NCBI RefSeq assembly: GCF_009914755.1
Contig: NC_060926.1
Strand: one strand, 5' to 3'
DNA from: the human T2T-CHM13v2.0 reference genome, Homo sapiens
DNA: 64,000 nt
Made by a program: the position numbers and the translations under genes. Shown here in pieces: positions 27,616 to 41,127 of this stretch. The notes below the pieces were generated by a model. That model saw only the letters and a list, made by a program, of their open reading frames with translations, was not told the origin of the DNA and did not search any database. Position 1 is the stretch's first letter; each line of letters begins with the position of its first letter.

Positions 27616-30483
27616 AACCATATGGAGTATAGTGCCCCCTATAAATGTAGACCGTTGCTGTCTAAGTAGAACCTAGAGATATTTTACAAAATTCAGTCCC
27701 AAAATAGTGCTACTATTTTTATTTACTAACTGCAATTGATGAGGAAAGTATATGCATTGAAATTCAGTCTTTAGGACTCCGGAAGTTACACAAGGCTCTA
27801 TCAGACGAAAGCCTACCAGCTATATCAAGTGCCTACTGTGTGCAACGCTTAGGAAAGTTATTCTCTGGAAGTTGTTCTTTTTTTTCCCTCAACTTTTCAA
27901 TACAATGTTTGAGGGTAAAATTGCTATCTGGGGCAAAGAATTTCTGCAGATGTTACTGTTACTAGAATGTGAACAATGATTCTATGGATTTGCCACTGCT
28001 ATAAATACACCAACTGGAAAGCTTTCAACTCCCAGGAAACAGGATTTGGAAAGTGAGACAGGAATACCCAGCTGAGAAGGTAATTTAGGTAGACACAATG
28101 AGAAAGCCTTAATTCCTGGCATATTTCTGTTAACAGGCAGTGTGGGAATGGCTTTATTTCACCTCTGAGAGAAATCCAAGCGATGGATTGTTTTATGAGA
28201 TGCGTGTGATCACAATGAGAATTTCCAGTTTCCTAAATAGAACACTTAACAAGTGTTCGTGAAGCTTCCAGCAGGTCACACCATTTTAAATGCAGCACAC
28301 ATAGCTCAACACTGACTCTCTTTAATTTTGCTTTCTTTCACTATTCTTGGAGGTACAGGACTAAGGAACCCACTATGCCTCACTTAATATCATCAGGGTT
28401 TTTAGTCTTCTCACTGGTTTTCTGAAGCATGGATTTTTGCAGTTCCTAGTCAATTAATTCTTGGAGCTTCCTTTGTCACCTGGTTGATCCAGCTTTGGTA
28501 GCACTGAATTTCTCTCTAGACCATGTGTTCTTTATCAGAGACGTTCAAAACACGTTTTCTGAACAAATGATTAAGTGAATGAAAGAGTAGATGCCTCACT
28601 AAGCAGCACATCTCATACTCCCATATATTATATATGAGCAGTTCCGCCTGTCACAAAGCTCCTCCTTATGTTAGGCATGACAGTAACACGAAGTCTTCAT
28701 TTGACTTTCCTCCATTAGCCATCATTCTGCCTTTGGAGAGCTCTGCAAACAATTCTTCCCCAGGACAACCATTTTAGTAGCTGAAAGAAGTTATTATGAA
28801 CTCCCAAGTCCTAATTATTCTTCCACTTTCTTATCAATTTCTTAAATAATATGACCTCTAGATATATCACAATTTTGCTCCTCCTTCTGTGGAGAGAGCT
28901 TACCAATGTCGTTATTAAAAAGTGGCACTAAAAACTGAACACAATATTGCTGATGTGAACAAGTGGATGGTTCTGCATCTTAAATGGGGATTATGGCACC
29001 TCCCTTTTAAAGCTGTTACATGGAAATAGAATGATGGTCAAATGCCAAGGGCACAACAATTTAAGAGATGGGACTCAATAAATATTGGTATTTGTCTCAT
29101 GTCATCATTATCATCATTACCATCACCATCATCTTCATATTACCTAAGTCTCTCACAGCCTGTATAGTTGCAGGTGTTTTTTATTTAATGTAAGTGCCAC
29201 ATACTACATTTGTAAATACACATACATTGTTTTTCCCTTTCAGAAAAATTTCAATACTTATTCTTTTTTTTCAATGCAAAAATAAACATCCGATGTTTTC
29301 ATTAAAATATAGATTAAATATTAGCCAGGGAACAGGGGTCAACCTTGTCCTCCAACATGACATTATTCTCCAAACCATTATGTCCACTGCCCTTAGTTGC
29401 TGGTACAGTTTACCTGGCATTAGCTGATGGACTTCTGAAAATATAATTTACTTTTAATGAGTTGTGTGTGTTTCATGTTGTGGATAACCCTAAACAAATA
29501 AATGTAAAACTACAATTTGATGTCCAAAAATAAGGAAGAATGGGATTTGCCTAAAATCAGACGTTTATTAAATAACAAGGAAATAGCTTTCAGCTATATT
29601 AGGTATCTTAAAACTCTTAACATTGTTTTGAATTCACTTTGATGCGTGTCTCACTGTTAAGAAAAGTGTTAAGACAAGTGAAGAATGGTTTGATGTTAAA
29701 TGGATCATGGAACACAGGAGATCATATTTAAAAGGGAGGTTTTCCTCCATTTTCAATATTTCCTAAACTTAATCTCTTAAGAGTCTTCTCAAAAGAACAA
29801 TTTATGAACTCTTTAATGGAAATGCATTAAAATAAAATGTGGCCGACCTCTTCTTTCCTTGTAGCCTCAGAACACTCTATCAGTCACTACTCAGAACAAA
29901 TTAGCCAATTTGGCTGTGAGTTACCCACAGTTTTTATCCCTTCACTCCAATAGCCTGGATCCCTGGACTGCCCACTCTAACCATGCAGGCGGGGGATTGT
30001 GTGTGAGAAGGAGCCATGCAAGCCACAGGGAAGAGGCTGTAAACTCCCTGAATTGGGAGCTAAAAACCCTTTGTTCGATTTGGCTCTGTATATTTTTCAA
30101 GATCATACATCTACTTATGATGCCAATGAATCAATTTCCTCATCTACAAATTAAAGGGGATATGAGACATCTTTATTTGCAAAGTCTTTCTGTCGTACAA
30201 ATCCAACAGCTGTATATTTTCCTTTTCACATAATGACTTTAGCATCTCATGGACAAACATCTGTTAAGGAATGTAATTGTTTTTTCTGAAATCTCGGTGT
30301 ATGGTTTGCACAAGTAAATTAAGACATTTATAACCAGTATAACCATGTATATCATTTCTAACTGGGATTATATTTTTCAGAAAAGAAACTAAACCTCAAG
30401 ATTTGCATGCTAAGGCAGACAGTGATCTATAAACAGACCCGAAGGCTCTCAGTAACGCATGGGGTCTGTGGGTCCTTACTATC

Positions 30484-30855
30484 TGTATTAGTCTGTTCTC
30501 ATGCTACTAATAAAGACATACCCGAGACTGGGTAATTTACAAAGAAAAGAGGTTTAATTGACTCACAGTTCTGCAGGGCTGTGGAGGCCTTAGGAAACTT
30601 ATAATCATGGCAGAAAGGGACGCAAATACATCCTTCTTCACATGGTGGCATAAAGGAGAAGTGCCGAGTAAAAGCGGGAAAAGCCCCTTATAAAACCATC
30701 AGATCTTGTGAGAACTCACTATCACAAGAACAGCATGGAGGTAGCCACCCCCATGATTCAATTACCTCCCACTGAGTCCCTCCCATGACACGTGGGGACT
30801 ATGGGAACTACAATTCAAGATAAGATTTGGGTGGGAACACAACCAAGCCGTATCA
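30484..30855 (-). mobile_element. THE1C-like solo LTR (ERVL-MaLR)
   Basis: TGTATTAGTCTGTTCTCATGCT..AATAAAGACATACCCGAGACTGGG ... GATTTGGGTGGGAACACAACCAAGCCGTATCA. TG...CA ends. 5-bp TSD CTATC/CCATC. Confidence 0.93.
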
Positions 30856-31388
30856 CCATCCATGTAACAAATCACCTGAGATACTAGTATGTAAAGTATT
30901 TTCCACTCATTTAATCAATTCACAAGCATTTATTAAACCTCTACTGTCTGATTCAACTAAGAAATTCTGCTGTCACTCATTAGTCAACTTAGGGTATGCT
31001 GGTGAATCTCTAAGCAAATGGAAAGGCCTATGATGACTCTCACTAGAATTGACATAGCAATTATTCACAAAGTTCACATATTTTTAGCAGTAAGTCAGTT
31101 TCTTTGACCTTTTTTACCCATATTATACTGCACTGGATGAGCTTAAGAAAAGATTATATCAGTAATAATTTTAGGAAGGCTGCTGTGTGGTTTTGCATAG
31201 TAAGAAACGAGTTTTCCAGGTATCCCTGGGTTCATCAGCTAAACTTCTTGAATCAGAAAACTAATTTATTAACCTTTCTTTTTTTCATTCCATGGAACCA
31301 CCCCAATATCTTCAACTCAGTAGGTAATCCATATATAATTTTTGAAGGAAAAGGACACCATAATTTTCTCACATTTAATGCCTTCACA

Positions 31389-31721
31389 AGCTGGGCAGTG
31401 TGGTTCACACCTGTAATCCCAGTGCTTTGGGAGGCCATGGTAGGAGGATTGCTTGAGGCCAGGAGTTCAAGGCCAGCTGGGCTACATAGAGAGACCTCAT
31501 CTCTACAAAAGGTTAAAAAAAAAAAAAAAAAAAAAAAAATTAGATGGGCATGGTGGTGCACACCTTTAGTACCAGCAAGTCAGGAGTCCGAGGCAGGAGG
31601 GTCACTTGAGCTCAGGAGTCTGATGCTGCAGGGAGCTGTGATGACATCACTGCATTTCAGCCTGGGTGACAGACCAAGACCCTATCTCTAAAAATAATGA
31701 TAATGATAATAACAAAAATAA
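31389..31721 (+). mobile_element. AluJ, full length, expanded A linker
   Basis: GGAGGATTGCTTGAGGCCAGGAG J-type motif. 15-bp TSD TAATGCCTTCACAAG at 31376-31390 and 31722-31736. Confidence 0.93.
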
Positions 31722-31831
31722 TAATGCCTTCACAAGTATCTATAAAACCAAGTTTGAACACTACCAATTTAATAAGAAATAAGATGATTATAATAAATGC
31801 CACTTATATAGTGCCTACCACCATTTATTGG

Positions 31832-31835
<4 letters not shown>

Positions 31836-31865
<30 letters not shown>

Positions 31866-31882
31866 ACACACACCCCACACAC
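31836..31882. repeat. (CA)n microsatellite within a MIR relic
   Basis: Directly visible. Confidence 0.9.
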
Positions 31883-33656
31883 AGAATCTCATTTAATCCT
31901 TAGAGCAACTCTCTCTGGTAGGTTTTATAATTCATATTTAAAGATAAATAGAGACATATTTAGCGTTGTTCAGAAAAGAAGAGGCATATTCCATTTCATT
32001 TTTGCTAAAATTTTAGTTCAATAATTTTTATAATTTAAAATTGAAGGATTATATAACACTTAAACTAATGATGGACAGAGATTACTGACAGAAGGTAGGA
32101 GCATTTACAGAAATATTCTTATTTGTAAAGCAACATCACATAGGCAACTATAATGCTTTTGTTCTCGAGCTTCCAGTGTCTTTATCATAGAAAAATTACA
32201 AGATTGATAATAATTTTTCTTAAATGGCTGTGAAGACTGACATCCATTGCAGTGTTTCCTTGATAAATAATCATCCTGGATTCTGTCAATATTTCCCTTT
32301 CATAATTTGATATACAAATGGATGTAACTTAAGACTTTAAGACACTATTACTGTCCATAAAAAGCTCACAGGTCTTGCAAATAGAATTGTCATGTCTGAA
32401 TCTCAAATTATTTCTTCACCTGGTTTTTAAAAAAGGTCAATTTCCTTAGCTAAAAATAACTGAGTGATTAATCTATTCAACATAAAACAAATCTGGATTC
32501 TGACTTACTTGCCCATCCTAACTTCTTTTTTCAATCCCCAATTTAAATTTCTATTAACACTCATTCCGTAAATATTTGTCTGGCAAAATTCAAGTACCAG
32601 GAAACAGCATAATGCAAAATTAACAGAGTAGCACTATAAAGAAGCATATGACCCAAACAGCTGCAACTCAATGATTATCTGTCCCAATGCCCAGTTCCTA
32701 AGGGGGGAAATACAACAAAAACAAACCCTCCTACCCAAACGGCTTCCGAGAGTGTTTAACTAGATCCTAAATCCATTGCTGAGATTTAGAAATATTTTTA
32801 AATGTTTAAGGGATATGAAGTGATGCCAGAAAACTCAGTCTCTTATCAAGGTATCTATTTCACTTATGAATAGATAGGAAACTAGTATGAGAAAGGTGTT
32901 TCAGGAGTTTAATTGTAAAAAAATTATAAGAATTTTTTAAAGTCTGTACAAAATTTTGCTTATTTCCGTGCATACTTAACTTATAAATAGAGTTACTATG
33001 CCATTTATATTCCAAATTGCAATGCTTAGCAAGTTAAAGGTGGGGGGGGGGCTGTTAACAATTACAGTATGTGTAAACCAAGATTGTCTCATGAAAAATG
33101 CGGCATATAGTCACCCTACTTATAAATAAATTTATGTAAAAAGGTGATGGAGATATTCTAAACAGAAATCCACGAGATTGAAATATGATGAGGTAAAAGG
33201 AATTAGTGAAGAGCTTTTAACTTTTAGATCGATACTGGGTTAAAAGTAGAGGTAGCATGAATTGATACTCTAAGTGAGAAGGTAAGAAGGGCTTACATTT
33301 TTAAAGAGGGGAAACGCTCACAAAAGTCAAGGAGTGGGAATTATACCTGGTTTTGAACAGACAACTATAAAATGGGGTTCAAATAAAGATGGGGCTATTT
33401 CAGAGGCACTTCCTAAACCAACATGGCAAGATTATTTAAATTTCCTGTTGTACACTTAAACAGGATCAAACATTCCATTTCTTTCCTAACTCAGAAGTAT
33501 TCTTCCCCTTGTTATCACTACGAAGGGAAATGTCATAGATTCCTGCTCTAAATATGATTCAAAGTGAAGTAGCTCATTTGTTTATTAAAAATGTAGGGTT
33601 TTAGTCTCCACAAAGTGGCAATTTTGTTCATCCACTGGGGAGAATTAAGTTATTAG

Positions 33657-33725
33657 TTTCTCTCCCTCTCTCCCTTCCTTTCCCTTCCCTTCCTTCTTCC
33701 CTCCCTGTCTTTCTCTCTCTCTTTT
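33657..33725. repeat. CT-rich polypyrimidine low-complexity tract
   Basis: About 70 nt almost entirely C/T. Confidence 0.85.
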
Positions 33726-34672
33726 ATTCAGAGGCATCAATGTCTCAAATCTTAAGTTTATCAGGAACATACTACTTTTGATTCCCCACAAAGGTTGCAT
33801 CTTGACAAGTTCTTGGTTGAACTAGAAATGTCGCAGTAGCATGTTTTGCTATTAAAGCACACCTGGAGGAAAAGAACATCCTCTGATGGTGCAGCTGTTT
33901 CCAGATGACCTCCTTGCAGTGCAACAACCAAATGACTGCAAAGATGATGTGGCTGAGATATGGCCCTGGATCTCTCCTCTCCATGTGCCCTTCTGTATCC
34001 TAACAGCACTTCCACACTCTCTTCTCCAAGGAATCCCCACCACATCCCTTCTCACTCTTTCCTTAATAATGATCCAATTTATTTATGTGAAGGCCCACTT
34101 CCTCCCCACAGACAGAGTCTGTAGAGAAAAAAAAAAACTACAATTAATTCCTTATAGGGAAAACAACTTGTATTTTCTCTTTTATGACCAGAAAAATAGC
34201 AGACAGTTTTCCTTGTGAGGCTTCAGATTGATGCTCAATGATGTAGAAAGAGCATAACTCTGCCAGCCCTAGTAAGTGCCATGAAAATACTTGACCTTTT
34301 GAGGTAGGGCAGGAAGAGAATGTTTCTTGAGAGGGCTGCCAGGCCCCTGAAACCAGGAAAAAGTCCCAGCCTGGCCCAGGGAGCTGCTTTTCCCTTGCAA
34401 ACCAGTGGAGCAGATAAATAACTGGGCTAATGATATCCCTGAGAAAGGCTAGGCATAATGACTACATTTTCTAGAAACTCATTATTCAATTTATGAGCAA
34501 CCTAAGCATATAAGAAGGCTGCACCTTTTCATATTTTGTATCTCATTGTTATATTACATGTTATATTATAATACCATTAAAAAATTGGGTCAGTTTCTTT
34601 CAGATCCAGTCTTAAAACCTGAATCAATATAATAGGTGTTTGATTTCAGTCATAAAAAATAAGCATCTCTTG

Positions 34673-34790
34673 GGCCGGGCGCACGCCTGTAATCTCAGCA
34701 CTTTGGGAGGCCAAGACGGGTGGATCACAAGGTCAGGAGATGGAGACCATGCCGGCTAACATGGTGAAACCCTGTCTCTACTAAAAATAC

Positions 34791-34821
<31 letters not shown>

Positions 34822-34864
34822 GCTGAGCGTGGTGGCAGGTGCCTGTAGTCCCAGCTACTTGGGA
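34673..34864 (+). mobile_element. AluY/Sc-like, 3'-truncated, A28 linker
   Basis: GGATCACAAGGTCAGGAGATGGAGACCAT..GGCTAAC diagnostics. Ends abruptly at CCCAGCTACTTGGGA with no tail or second TSD. Confidence 0.92.
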
Positions 34865-36119
34865 CTGATATTCGATATTTCTTTAAGTTTCACTATCCTT
34901 TATAGGTTACCTAGAATGGGTAAAAAGGTAAAATGCACATTAATGTACACATGAGAGTTCACTGCTGGGCCTCCATAATGTCAAGAAGCATGAGCTGCCT
35001 TCTTCACACGCCCACAGGGAAAGTCAGCAACTCACCTGTCCTGAGCTGACTGACAAGCAGATCTACTGCACCTTCTATCAGCAGCTGTGCAATCTGTACA
35101 GTGGTGAAACTGAGGATATCTTGTCTGGATTTTTCAGACAGGCCTAGGTAGCAAAACTATAGGACTCACTCATTTGCACCAGCCTCTTCGAACTCAGAGC
35201 TAGGGACCGCAGCGTGGAAAAGGCTACTGGGGTGCCTGCCCATACTCTCTGTTTTCTGTTTACCCCTTATTTTGTACTTGTCTTTGCCTGTGCTGCTAAA
35301 CCTCCTACTTTTGGTACAGTGCACTATGTAAATCAAGAGAACAGATCTCCTGGCCAAGACCACCTCATAATATAGATTAGAGGAAAGATCAAAAATAGTC
35401 ATAGCTTTTGAAACCACAGTGCTTCTATTTGAAAGGCTCCAATAAGCAGCAGGGAAGAGATAAAAAAAAAAATGGTGAAGAAAGGGAACATCAGAGAGTT
35501 ATCTTACTGTTAAAAACCTTTCTTCTCTGCCTTGGTCTTTTCTTGTCACAGCCCACTCATTTTGCTTCCCCACCTTCCTTCTTAACTATCCTCTTCCTCT
35601 CTTTCTCTTTCTAACTTTCGAACTGCCAAGAGTTAAAGGAAAAGGTGGTCCCCTTGTCCAAAATGAAGAGATGAAACAAATTTCTGGTACTGATCAATGG
35701 TTATGGTCATCACTACTATGGGCTACTAATGGTTCTTGACAGCCTAGTAATGACTTGCATATTTAAAGAGGACTCCTTTCAGTCACTTCCAGGAGGGCCT
35801 GTGTTTTAAGTATTCTCTTAATCTAATCTGTTTGATCCATTTAAATTGACGATGTAAATTTAAAGATGATTGTGTGGAAACAAGAGAAGGATCCTAACCA
35901 GACTGCAGAGGTATTGATCCCAAGGTCAGGGCTCATTAGTAGAAATTGCTAATGGTCCAAGTAATCTTCCAAGCTCACTGTACAATATTAGGTCCTCCAT
36001 AGGAAACAAAACATTACTTTTGTGTAAAACAACTTGTAACAACAATAGTAATACAATATACCTATTTTAAAAAGAAAAGAAACTACTTACAATTCTACTA
36101 CTGTCTTAAATTATATAAT

Positions 36120-36472
36120 TTTAATTTATTCCCTTTCAATCTTTCTCATATGCATGTTATACATTTGAAACCTATAATGCACAAATAATTGTATGCCCTG
36201 CTCCTTCTTAAATGATAATTACATTTCTAATTTGATAGTCTTCATAGTTTTTAAAAGTTGCATGATTCCATTGAATGACATACAATTCACATGAACATTC
36301 CACTGTTACAATACTGGACCTTTGAATTGTTTTGAAAGAACTCTGTGAAGTATGTTTGTGCATATGACATTTTAACATTTCACATTATTCCCCTAGAATA
36401 AAGTCCCAAAAGAGGCATTATGTGTCAAAGGAAATAACTGTTTCATGACACTTAATACATGTTGCCAAATTT
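36120..36472 (-). mobile_element. old L1ME-like fragment
   Basis: ATTATTCCCCTAGAATAAAGTCCCAAAAGAGGCATTATGTGTCAAAGG...TAATACATGTTGCCAAATT. Confidence 0.55.
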
Positions 36473-36573
36473 CGCAGCATAGCTTTTTAAAAAACGTTGT
36501 GAGCATGTTCTTTCTGCAAATCACTTTGCTAGACTGTGAGGCACAAATGAATGAGTTTAAAATACAGTGCTTC

Positions 36574-36960
36574 ACCGTGGAATACTATGCAACCATAAAA
36601 AAAAACATGTTCTTTGCAGCAACATGGATGCAGCTGGAGGTCATTATCTTCAGTGAATTAATGCAGGAACAGAAAATCAAATACTGCATGTTATCACATA
36701 TAACTAGGAGCTAAACATTGGGTACACATGGACATAAAGATGAGAATAATACGACACTGGGGACTCCAAAAGGAGGGAGGGAGAAAAGGGCTGAACAACT
36801 ACCTATTGGATACTATGGTCCCTACCTGGGTGATGGGATCAGTCATACCCCAAACCTTAGCATCATGCAATATACCCATGTAACAAACCTGCACATGTAC
36901 CCCATGAATCTAAAATAAAAGCTGAAATTATTTAATAAATAAGTAAATAAATACATGCAG
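36574..36960 (+). mobile_element. L1PA16/17-like 3' end
   Basis: GGAATACTATGCAACCATAAAAA...AACTACCTATTGGATACTATG...CCCATGTAACAAACCTGCACATGTACCCC..AATCTAAAATAAAAG. Possible TSD AAAATACAGT (36559 / 36977). Confidence 0.9.
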
Positions 36961-37299
36961 AAATAAAACTGAAAAAAAAATACAGTATTTGCCCTGAAAA
37001 TCATATAATACAGTTGGGGAAATAAGACATACACATGTGAAAAGAGAACTAACAATACCAACCACAGGAATTCAGAGAAGAAAGAAAAAGAGCATATTTA
37101 GCAGAAGAGGGTAAAGAGTTAGACTTTTGGGATATTCTGAGGTTTGGATGAGTTGAGGTAGAAACTATTCAGGTCGATAAATAGAGTAAAAAGAAAAGAA
37201 ATTAACCATTCCAAGGAATTTTCTGTGACTTAAAAGCACTATGTGATTAAATTTAATGTATTATCCTGGTCCACATAGACTCCCCAAGGATCTTTCCAT

Positions 37300-38070
37300 T
37301 ATTAGTAATAGTTATTCTTTCACCTTTGTCCTTGAAACATCGACTTCCCCCGTTCCATTTGATGTGATACTGTGGAGGTTTATCTCCTCTGCCTCTAATC
37401 AGTCCTTAACTTCTTTCTTTTAAATTCATCTTCCTCCAACCACCACCATGAGAACATTTCTCAAAGTTCTCCTGCAGTTTTCTCCTTCTTTATATATTTC
37501 TGTAGGTAATGTCACCTGATGACTTAGCTCTTGTCATTACTTCTTGCTGCGAATCCCCCAATCTCTATTTTCAGCTCTCAATTCTCATTTTTGTTCGCAT
37601 ACATACATTTTCCACTGCCTCTTACAGCAGTTTAAACTAGATATCCCAAACTGAACTCTTTCTGTGGTCTCTAGATAATCTGAAAGCACCACAGTTCGCA
37701 AGCGTGTCATCTTTCAGGTCTCTTTCATCTTCATAGCTCACACTGAATCAGTTTCCAAATTTGGTCCCAGCTTCCCAGTGACTTCCAATTTCCTCCTATT
37801 GTAGGTGATCAAAATCTCCCACCTGGACTATTGCAAGGGCTCCCCCATCTGATCTGCTTGCCTCCAGCTTCAGCCCCTTCAATCTGTGGTCTACACCATT
37901 ACCAGTTGCCTTTTAAGAGCACAGAGTAGATTATGTCACTTGTCTGCCCAAGGACTTCCAGCAACTCTAGAAAACCAGCAAAGCCCAATCCAGACACATT
38001 AATGTATCCCTCCTGGTCCCTTATGGTTTCAACTCACACTACTTCTCTATTTTCATCTCCTCACACTACA

Positions 38071-38119
<49 letters not shown>

Positions 38120-38350
38120 TGGACTATTTAAAATTCACTGAAAACAGACAAACTTTCACTCGGCCAAACCTTTATTCCTGCAGTTTCCCTTGAATGAATA
38201 CTCTCATATTCTCTGGCCCATTGAAACCTTACGCAACCGTTAGGTCCAACCAAATGTTATCAGTTCCAACAATCCTTCCCAGACCTCTGTCTCCACAATC
38301 TGAAGTACTATTAACTTCCTGTATTTTACAGCACTGAATGGTTAATTTTC
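37300..38350 (+). mobile_element. L2 LINE relic (fragmented)
   Basis: ATCTCCCACCTGGACTATTGCAAGGGCTCCC; AGATTATGTCACTTGTCTGCCCAAGGACTTCCAG are typical L2 motifs. Confidence 0.65.
38075..38115. repeat. (CA)20 microsatellite
   Basis: Directly visible. Confidence 0.96.
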
Positions 38351-40059
38351 TTGCTGCCTGTGCAACTACAATGTTCCCTTTCTGGAGGCCAAGTTAATAA
38401 ATTCAATACATCCAAGTGTGTTTAAATTTTTTAATCTCTTTGGCCAAGGGCTGAACTTCCTCTTGCTGTTTGTTAAATGGCTATTGGAAGATCTCTTGCT
38501 AAACCTGAAAGTATTTAAGATGTTCAACAGAATCCTCATTCACAGATGTGAGGAAGAATAAGAGATGGAAAGAGAAAAGGATTTAAGTTACTAATGATTT
38601 TTCTTTCCAATCAGCCCTATGACGTATCTTCAAAACCAGGCCAAGAATTCTCATCACTTGTCATGACGAGTCCCTTAGCAAGGATAGGGTGCTGCACATT
38701 CAAGTTCTTGTTTTAGGCTCTTGCTCCCATCCCAGGCCCTTGCTTAGGTTTAAAGTGAGAGCTTTAAGCAGGGAAGACTCCCAGGTTGCAAGTATTCCTC
38801 AATCCCATCCCACTGCATGTGATGCTGACTGGAGTCCTGGCACGCTGTCACAGATCCTAGCATAAAAATAACCTGAGGTAGGATAGAGGGGAAAGAGAGG
38901 AAGGGAATTTATGACCAACCCTCCAGCTTTATTTATCACTTACCCTGGGAAAGTACTATGTAATAAAAAGGGGGGGAAAAACAAGACAGCCAAGCTATTT
39001 AAAGAGCAGGAGCTGAAACTTCAGAAGCATAAACTAATGTTTCTAACTAAAAACGGGTGTGGAGCTTAAAACTTTTCAAAAAGTAGATGCTAGATGCATA
39101 TCTTAATAAAAATGAATTTTAAATAATATTTTTGAATGGACTATCCTACGCTATTTATTAGGACTAATGGTTATTCCCAAGACCCGTTCTAACTTCTGAT
39201 CATTAGAAGGTACCATATTTTTCCATTTGCATAGTAGAGGCAGGATGATAGTATATGTTTTTGTCTGAAGTGAGACTATTAAAGGAAACACATTAAAATG
39301 ATGAGGATAAATGGTCATGTGTCATCAAGGCCAGTCCTTCCTGCCATTCTTTAAGCTGAATTCCCATAAAATTTAGTTTTACCTCTTTGAAAACTATGTG
39401 TGTTGTTGGACTAAACGTAAGAAAAGAACAAAACCAACCAGTGAATAATAAAGGCAATGTCTAAGGCTGACTACATTTGGTATATTAAAATAAAGTAGAA
39501 AACTGGAAATACAAGAGTAGTATTCCTTTATGTTTTCTAATTAGTCATTTCTGATGTTTTCCCTGAATTTACACATCAGTCCATTATTCCAAGCAGGGAC
39601 ACACACACACCCATCAATAAATTACTATTATAAAGAGAGGTAATTGTCTATATACAAAATAAATATACTACTAGTTGCTTATAGTTGCAAAGGTAAATGT
39701 GGAAATTCTCTTCATTTTACCAATTACCAGCTCATAAAGGAAAAATAAAGTTAAAATATATTCTCTTTTTGCACAGACTGCTAAATAATTGACTGATCAT
39801 GATTAATCAAGTAAATTGAGGCATTCTGGAAAAATGACAAATGGCAAGATTTACTGCCTCTGGAATCTACGGCATTTGCTAAATATAACTTGCTTGTAAC
39901 TACAGATAAATATCTAATCTAATACAATCGAGTTACCTGCAAACCAGAGCCACATACAAAATTGAATGAATAAAAACGTCTCAAAAGACAATAAATACTT
40001 TCTTTCTTCCAAATGAAATAAAATCTTATGATAGGTTTTGAGGAGTACACGTAGATGCT

Positions 40060-40280
40060 AGGAGCATCAGCTTTGCAGGCCTGCAGACAAGGGTTCAAAT
40101 CTTGGCTCTAAGCCTCTGATTCCTACCTAGGAAAATGAGGGTGATATTATCTATGGTATGAGATTGTTATAAGAATTTATTGAGATAATTCAGTAATTGC
40201 CATATAGTGTGCTAAGCTTAGTGTCTGGCACATAATACATTATCAATAAATGTGTCTTATCATTACTATTGTCATTATTT
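40060..40280 (+). mobile_element. MIR SINE
   Basis: GGGTTCAAATCTTGGCTCT...AAAATGAGGGTGAT...AGTGTCTGGCACATAATACATTATCAATAAATG. Confidence 0.75.
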
Positions 40281-40533
40281 ATTACCACTAGTGAGAGGCT
40301 AGAAAGTGAAAAGTCTAACCAATGCTTTTAACTTCATTTTCTACAGAATATTCATAGAATATTCATAGAATCATAAAACACACACACATAATGCCTACTA
40401 TATTTGGTACTTGTCTGTATTCACTTCTATGACCCACTTTAATGTATATGCAACCCTACAGTAAAGAACACTCCCGGGAGAATAAAAAAGTGCCCTTTAT
40501 ATTAGCAAAATTTTATGTGAGTTAACTGCATAA

Positions 40534-41127
<594 letters not shown>

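Noticed and set aside
31104-31691. Longest ORF (195 aa, + strand)
   Set aside because: Non-ATG start. The second half is AluJ translation including poly-K from the A linker, and there is no recognisable domain.
33761-34218. Four overlapping ORFs downstream of a long polypyrimidine tract ending TTCAG
   Set aside because: No recognisable peptide and no convincing matching donor. The CT tract is low-complexity sequence.
36930-36990. Possible 3' transduction after the L1PA16/17 tail
   Set aside because: The segment is A-rich and old, and cannot be distinguished from a decayed poly(A) tail by eye.
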